A stretch of 64,000 nucleotides of DNA from an uncultured Gemmatimonadaceae bacterium (GTDB lineage: Bacteria > Gemmatimonadota > Gemmatimonadetes > Gemmatimonadales > Gemmatimonadaceae): positions 768,001-832,000 of the forward strand of contig CAVXGK010000001.1 in NCBI GenBank assembly GCA_963761305.1, in the 5' to 3' direction. Shown in pieces: positions 59,975-64,000 of the stretch. Each line of letters opens with the position of its first letter. Position 1 is the first letter of the stretch. Position numbers and translations under genes: made by a program. A model generated the notes under the pieces. That model was not told where the DNA came from, ran no database searches, and saw only the letters and a list, made by a program, of their open reading frames with translations.

Positions 59975-61312
59975 ATGAAACGGTTCGCTCGCGTTGCGGC
60001 CACCCTGGCGATCATCGCCCCACTCGCCCTCACGCACGCCCAGGTCGTCGCGCAACAGTCCGCGGCGGTTGCGATCCCGGATAGCCCGGCCGGCAAGATG
60101 CTCTCGGCCTGGCTCGAGGCCTTCAACAGCGCCGACTCGACGAAGATCGCGGCGTACATTCGCAAGAACGAGCCGCACAAGAACGTCGACAACCAGGTGA
60201 CGTTCGGTCTCACTATGCGCGGCTTCGATCTCGTCAGCATCGAGAGGAACCAGCCGAGGCACCTCGAGTACGTGTTGAAAGACCACAACCGAGGCGTACT
60301 CGGGTTCGGCATTCTCGACATCCACGACGATGGCACGGCGGCGAGTGTCCTGAGCGGGATGCCGCCCGGCGCCCGCGCCGCCGACTTCAGGATCGACGCG
60401 GCGACTCGGGCGAGCGTCATCGACGGCGCGATCGCGAAGCTCGACGAGTCGTACGTCTTCCCCGACGTCGCGACGAAGATGGCCGAAGCCGTCAGGGCCC
60501 GCCTGAAACGTGGCGAATACGACGACGTGACGAACGGCCTCGCCTTCGCCGCGAAGCTCACCGACGACTTCCAGGCCGTCAGCCACGACAAGCACCTTCG
60601 CGTCAACTTCTCGGCGCTCCCGATTCCCCCCGCTCCGGCCCCAGGGTCAACGCCGTCACCGGACGCCGTCGCGCGCTATCAGCGCGACATGGCGTCGATC
60701 AACTGCGGTTTCGTCAAGGCGGAGCAGCTGGCGAACAACGTCGGGTATCTCAAGTTCAACATGTTCGCCGATCCGGAGGTCTGCGGAGCGACCGCGAGCG
60801 CGGCGATGAACTTCCTGGCCAACACCGACGCGCTCGTCATCGACCTCCGCGACAACGGCGGCGGCGATCCGGCGATGGTCACGTACATCTCGTCGTATCT
60901 CTTCTCGAAGCGGACGCACCTCAACGACCTGTGGACGCGCCGCACCAACGAGACGAAAGAGTACTGGACGAACGCCGATGTCAGCGGGAAGCGACTTGCC
61001 GACGACAAGCCCGTGTACGTGTTGACGTCGAGCCACACGTTCTCGGGCGGCGAGGAGTTCACGAACAATCTGAAGGTGCTCAAGCGGGCGACGATCGTCG
61101 GGGAAACGACGGGCGGTGGGGCGCATCCCGTCGCCGGCCAGCGGATCAACGATCATTTCATCATTGGCGTTCCATTCGCCCGGGCGATCAACCCGATCAC
61201 GAAGACGAATTGGGAAGGCACCGGTGTCGAGCCCGACGTGAAGGTTCCGGCCGCGGATGCGCTCACTATCGCGCTCAAACTCATCGCGGAGAAGCGGAAT
61301 CTGAAATCGTAG
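59975..61312 (+). CDS. S41 family peptidase (IRBP-like), secreted
   Basis: Signal peptide; DKHL, NVGYL, IDLRDNGGG, TFSGGE, VGETTGGG and WEGTGVEPD. Confidence 0.92.
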   Translation: MKRFARVAATLAIIAPLALTHAQVVAQQSAAVAIPDSPAGKMLSAWLEAFNSADSTKIAAYIRKNEPHKNVDNQVTFGLTMRGFDLVSIERNQPRHLEYVLKDHNRGVLGFGILDIHDDGTAASVLSGMPPGARAADFRIDAATRASVIDGAIAKLDESYVFPDVATKMAEAVRARLKRGEYDDVTNGLAFAAKLTDDFQAVSHDKHLRVNFSALPIPPAPAPGSTPSPDAVARYQRDMASINCGFVKAEQLANNVGYLKFNMFADPEVCGATASAAMNFLANTDALVIDLRDNGGGDPAMVTYISSYLFSKRTHLNDLWTRRTNETKEYWTNADVSGKRLADDKPVYVLTSSHTFSGGEEFTNNLKVLKRATIVGETTGGGAHPVAGQRINDHFIIGVPFARAINPITKTNWEGTGVEPDVKVPAADALTIALKLIAEKRNLKS

Positions 61313-61393
61313 CGCGAAGGTGCTCGTCCAGACGATGCGTGGCACGTGATCACCATGCCCTCGGGTCGGACATCTATGCGGAGGTGTGAAGGC

Positions 61394-61939
61394 GTGGGCA
61401 AGCTCGTTTTCGGCATGATGCAATCCCTCGACGGCTACGTCGATGGCGTCGCGGATCGGCTGGAGTTCCCTCCGCCTGGCGTTGCGCTTGGCCGTCATTT
61501 CACAGACCACGTCCGCGGCCTGGCCGGCTCCTTGTATGGTCGCCGGATATATGAAATCATGCGCTATTGGGACGAGGATCGGCGGGAGTGGGATGCCGCC
61601 GACCACGACTTCGCGGCGGCGTGGCGGGCGCAGCCGAAATGGGTCGTCTCACGTACGCTGAAGTCGGTCGGCCCGAACGCCACACTCGTCGGGGAGAACG
61701 TCGACGCGTTTGTGCGCAAGCTGAAGAAGGATGTCGAGGGTGAGATCGACGTCGCGGGGCCCGCCCTGGCGGCGAGCCTCACCGACCTCGGTCTTATCGA
61801 CGAGTATCGTCTCTACTTCCGCCCCTTCGTGCTTGGTGGCGGCAAGCCGTACTTTGCCGGCGCCCGGCCACCCCTTCGCATCATTGCCAGCGATCGTGTT
61901 GGCGAGGACGCGGTTCGGCTGACGTGTGTCCCAGCCTGA
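61394..61939 (+). CDS. Dihydrofolate reductase-like (RibD C-terminal) protein
   Basis: SLDGY, GRRIYE, VVSRTL, LIDEY and GGGKP motifs; GGAGG RBS. Confidence 0.9.
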   Translation: MGKLVFGMMQSLDGYVDGVADRLEFPPPGVALGRHFTDHVRGLAGSLYGRRIYEIMRYWDEDRREWDAADHDFAAAWRAQPKWVVSRTLKSVGPNATLVGENVDAFVRKLKKDVEGEIDVAGPALAASLTDLGLIDEYRLYFRPFVLGGGKPYFAGARPPLRIIASDRVGEDAVRLTCVPA

Positions 61940-62331
61940 ACGTGCTATTCCGCCGGTCTGGTGAGTCTTCTATGTAAGACGTTCCGGCAATTAGAGAACT
62001 TGATCAGCGCCGTTGCTGTGTCAGGATCGCCGGAGCGAGGGGCACCAGTAGCTGACGAGTCCCGCACCTCAGTTCAGAGGGACACTTGGCGATGCCGTCA
62101 CCGTTGGCAGACGTCGTTAGCGAAGTAGCATAGCCCGGAGCCGCGGGCAGCCTGATCGGCCCAGCCGATGGCTTCCTGCCGTGACCTGGATTGCACGCTC
62201 AGACCGGGCGCTTCCGTTGAAGGCCGTCACTCACGGCCTCATCCGTTCCGATACCGCAATTGCCGCCCCCGCCGCGGCATTGCTGAGTCGGCGGCACCAT
62301 TCATGATATGGATGGGTGCGCGGAGGAAACT

Positions 62332-63750
62332 GTGAAACGTCCAATTGCCGTCGCCTGCGCGGCGCTCGCGCTCATCGCCGGAGCCTGCAGCCATAAGACT
62401 CCCGCCGTCGCGGCCGTCGATACCGCCCCGGCCACGACGCAAGACATCATCGTCAACGTCGAGGCGTCGGGCGTCATCGAGCCCGCCGACGCCGTGCAGG
62501 TCAAGTCCAAAGCGTCGGGGCAGATCGTGAAGATGCCGGTGGTCGTCGGCTCGCGCGTCAAGGAAGGCGACCTGCTCGTCCAGGTGGATCCGCGCCAGAT
62601 GCAGAGTGAGTACGACGCGGACGTCGCGGCGCTCAAGGCGGCGCAGGACAATCTCACGGCGCAGAAGACCCAGATGTCGCGTGAAGACAGCTTGTTCGCG
62701 CAGCGCGTGATCACCGCGCAAGAACACGAGAGCGCCGGCGTCACGTACAGCAACGCGCAGTCCGCGGTCGCCGCCGCGAAGAACAACCAGCAGATCGCCG
62801 AGATCAACCTCGCCGACGCCACGGTGCGCGCGCCGCTGACCGGCACGGTGATCGACAAGGCGGTCTCGCTCGGCCAGGTCATCGCATCGGCGACGAACGT
62901 CGTCGGCGGTGGAACGACGCTGGTCACGATCGCCGATTTGGGCAAGGTGCTCGACAGCGCACTCGTGAACGAGAGCGACATCGGTCAGATCAAGGAAGGA
63001 CAACAGGTGACGGTGTCGGTTTCCGCCTACCCGAACCGACCCTTTCACGGCACCGTCACCCGGATCTCGCCCGAGGCAATCATTCAGCAGAGCGTCACGA
63101 TGTTTCCGGTGCTCGTCTCGCTCGACAACAACGAAGGGCTCCTGCTGCCTGGAATGAACAGCGACGCGACGATCGGCGTCACCCAACTGCTCGGCGTCGT
63201 CGCCGTTCCAAACGACGCCATCGCGTCGGCACAGGAAGAGTTGGCGCTGGCGCCGGTACTCGACGTTTCCAAGTCGACGACGGACTCGGTGTACTCCGTC
63301 GCGCTCGGTGGCGGAGTCAGATCGTCGTCGGACTCCGCCGGCGTGCGCGGCCGAGGGGGTCGAGGTGGTCGCGGCGGAAGCGGATCGACGCAGGCCGGCG
63401 GCGAGGTGGCCCTCGGTGGCGCGACGTCGCTCGGCACCTCGGGCGGGGCCGGAGGGGGAGGGGGAAGAGCGCAAGCCACGCATCGCGGCGTCGTGTTCGT
63501 GCAAGACACGGCGACCAAGAAGTTCGAGCCGAGAATGGTGGTGCTTGGCGGCGGCAACTATGACATGACGAGCGTCGTGTCCGGACTCCATCCGGGCGAA
63601 CGCGTCGCGTTGCTGAGCGACGTCCGCGTCCAGGCGAGTCGCGACTCCACGTTGCAACGAGTTTCGGGACGATCAGGAATCGGTGCGATGACGGGCGGCG
63701 GCGCTCGTGGGGGCGGAGGCGGCGGTCGAGGTGGCGGCCGCGGAGGGTGA
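62332..63750 (+). CDS. Efflux periplasmic adaptor subunit (MacA-like), lipoprotein
   Basis: GGAGGA RBS, AGAC lipobox, SKASGQI, RAPLTG, VNESDIG and LLPGM; Gly/Arg-rich tail. Confidence 0.9.
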   Translation: MKRPIAVACAALALIAGACSHKTPAVAAVDTAPATTQDIIVNVEASGVIEPADAVQVKSKASGQIVKMPVVVGSRVKEGDLLVQVDPRQMQSEYDADVAALKAAQDNLTAQKTQMSREDSLFAQRVITAQEHESAGVTYSNAQSAVAAAKNNQQIAEINLADATVRAPLTGTVIDKAVSLGQVIASATNVVGGGTTLVTIADLGKVLDSALVNESDIGQIKEGQQVTVSVSAYPNRPFHGTVTRISPEAIIQQSVTMFPVLVSLDNNEGLLLPGMNSDATIGVTQLLGVVAVPNDAIASAQEELALAPVLDVSKSTTDSVYSVALGGGVRSSSDSAGVRGRGGRGGRGGSGSTQAGGEVALGGATSLGTSGGAGGGGGRAQATHRGVVFVQDTATKKFEPRMVVLGGGNYDMTSVVSGLHPGERVALLSDVRVQASRDSTLQRVSGRSGIGAMTGGGARGGGGGGRGGGRGG

Positions 63751-63756
63751 TGAGCC

Positions 63757-64000
63757 ATGCTGATCGGTGAAACGATTCGGGTCGCGCTCGGCTCGCTGCG
63801 CGTGAACGTCGTTCGGTCGGTACTCACGATGCTCGGCATCATGATCGGCGTCGGCGCGGTCATCGCCATGCTCGCGCTCGGGCGCGGGGCGCAGAACGCG
63901 GTCTCGGCGCGCATCGCCGCGCTTGGGACGACGTTACTGACGGTGTTGCCCGCGCAAGTGTCGGTGGGTGGCGTGGTGTCGCAGACGGATCGTGCGCCGC
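63757..64000 (+). CDS. MacB-like ABC transporter permease (5' part, runs off the window)
   Basis: MLIGETIRVALGSLRVNVVRSVLTMLGIMIGVGAVIAMLALG..GAQ. Confidence 0.88.
   Translation, partial: MLIGETIRVALGSLRVNVVRSVLTMLGIMIGVGAVIAMLALGRGAQNAVSARIAALGTTLLTVLPAQVSVGGVVSQTDRAP

Noticed and set aside
62100..62125. Additional attC at cgtcGTTAGCG
   Set aside because: Only an imperfect R'-like core is present, with no complementary left arm.

Overview
A GC-rich bacterial chromosomal segment. The gene content (SusC/SusD pair, CocE/NonD and S9 hydrolases with GRGG-rich inserts, TIGR02999-type ECF sigma plus Ser/Thr kinase) suggests Gemmatimonadota, which is an inference. Left to right it holds: a UvrD helicase with an inserted DnaQ exonuclease; secreted hydrolases; a DNA-repair cluster (Ku, DUF72 and a TM0106 nuclease-helicase, divergent from a multiply frameshifted LigD); a serpin; an OFA-type MFS transporter; a four-helix-bundle (IVS/Avd-like) gene enclosed by mutually inverted 13-bp tandem-repeat arrays; a creatininase-PanE-SDR-M20-APC operon; an ECF sigma with an apparently catalytically dead kinase; pilB-pilT-pilC; and uxuA divergent from susC/susD. 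A decaying integron-like region (~51.8-62.2 kb) follows. It has an attI-like site, one intact and several degenerate attC sites, no intI, an IS3 element carrying an RmInt1-like group II intron, and an IS481 pseudogene. The window ends in a MacA/MacB-type efflux pair. The most unusual element is the repeat-enclosed four-helix-bundle module at ~28.4-29.3 kb. All calls come from reading motifs by eye; no database searches were run.
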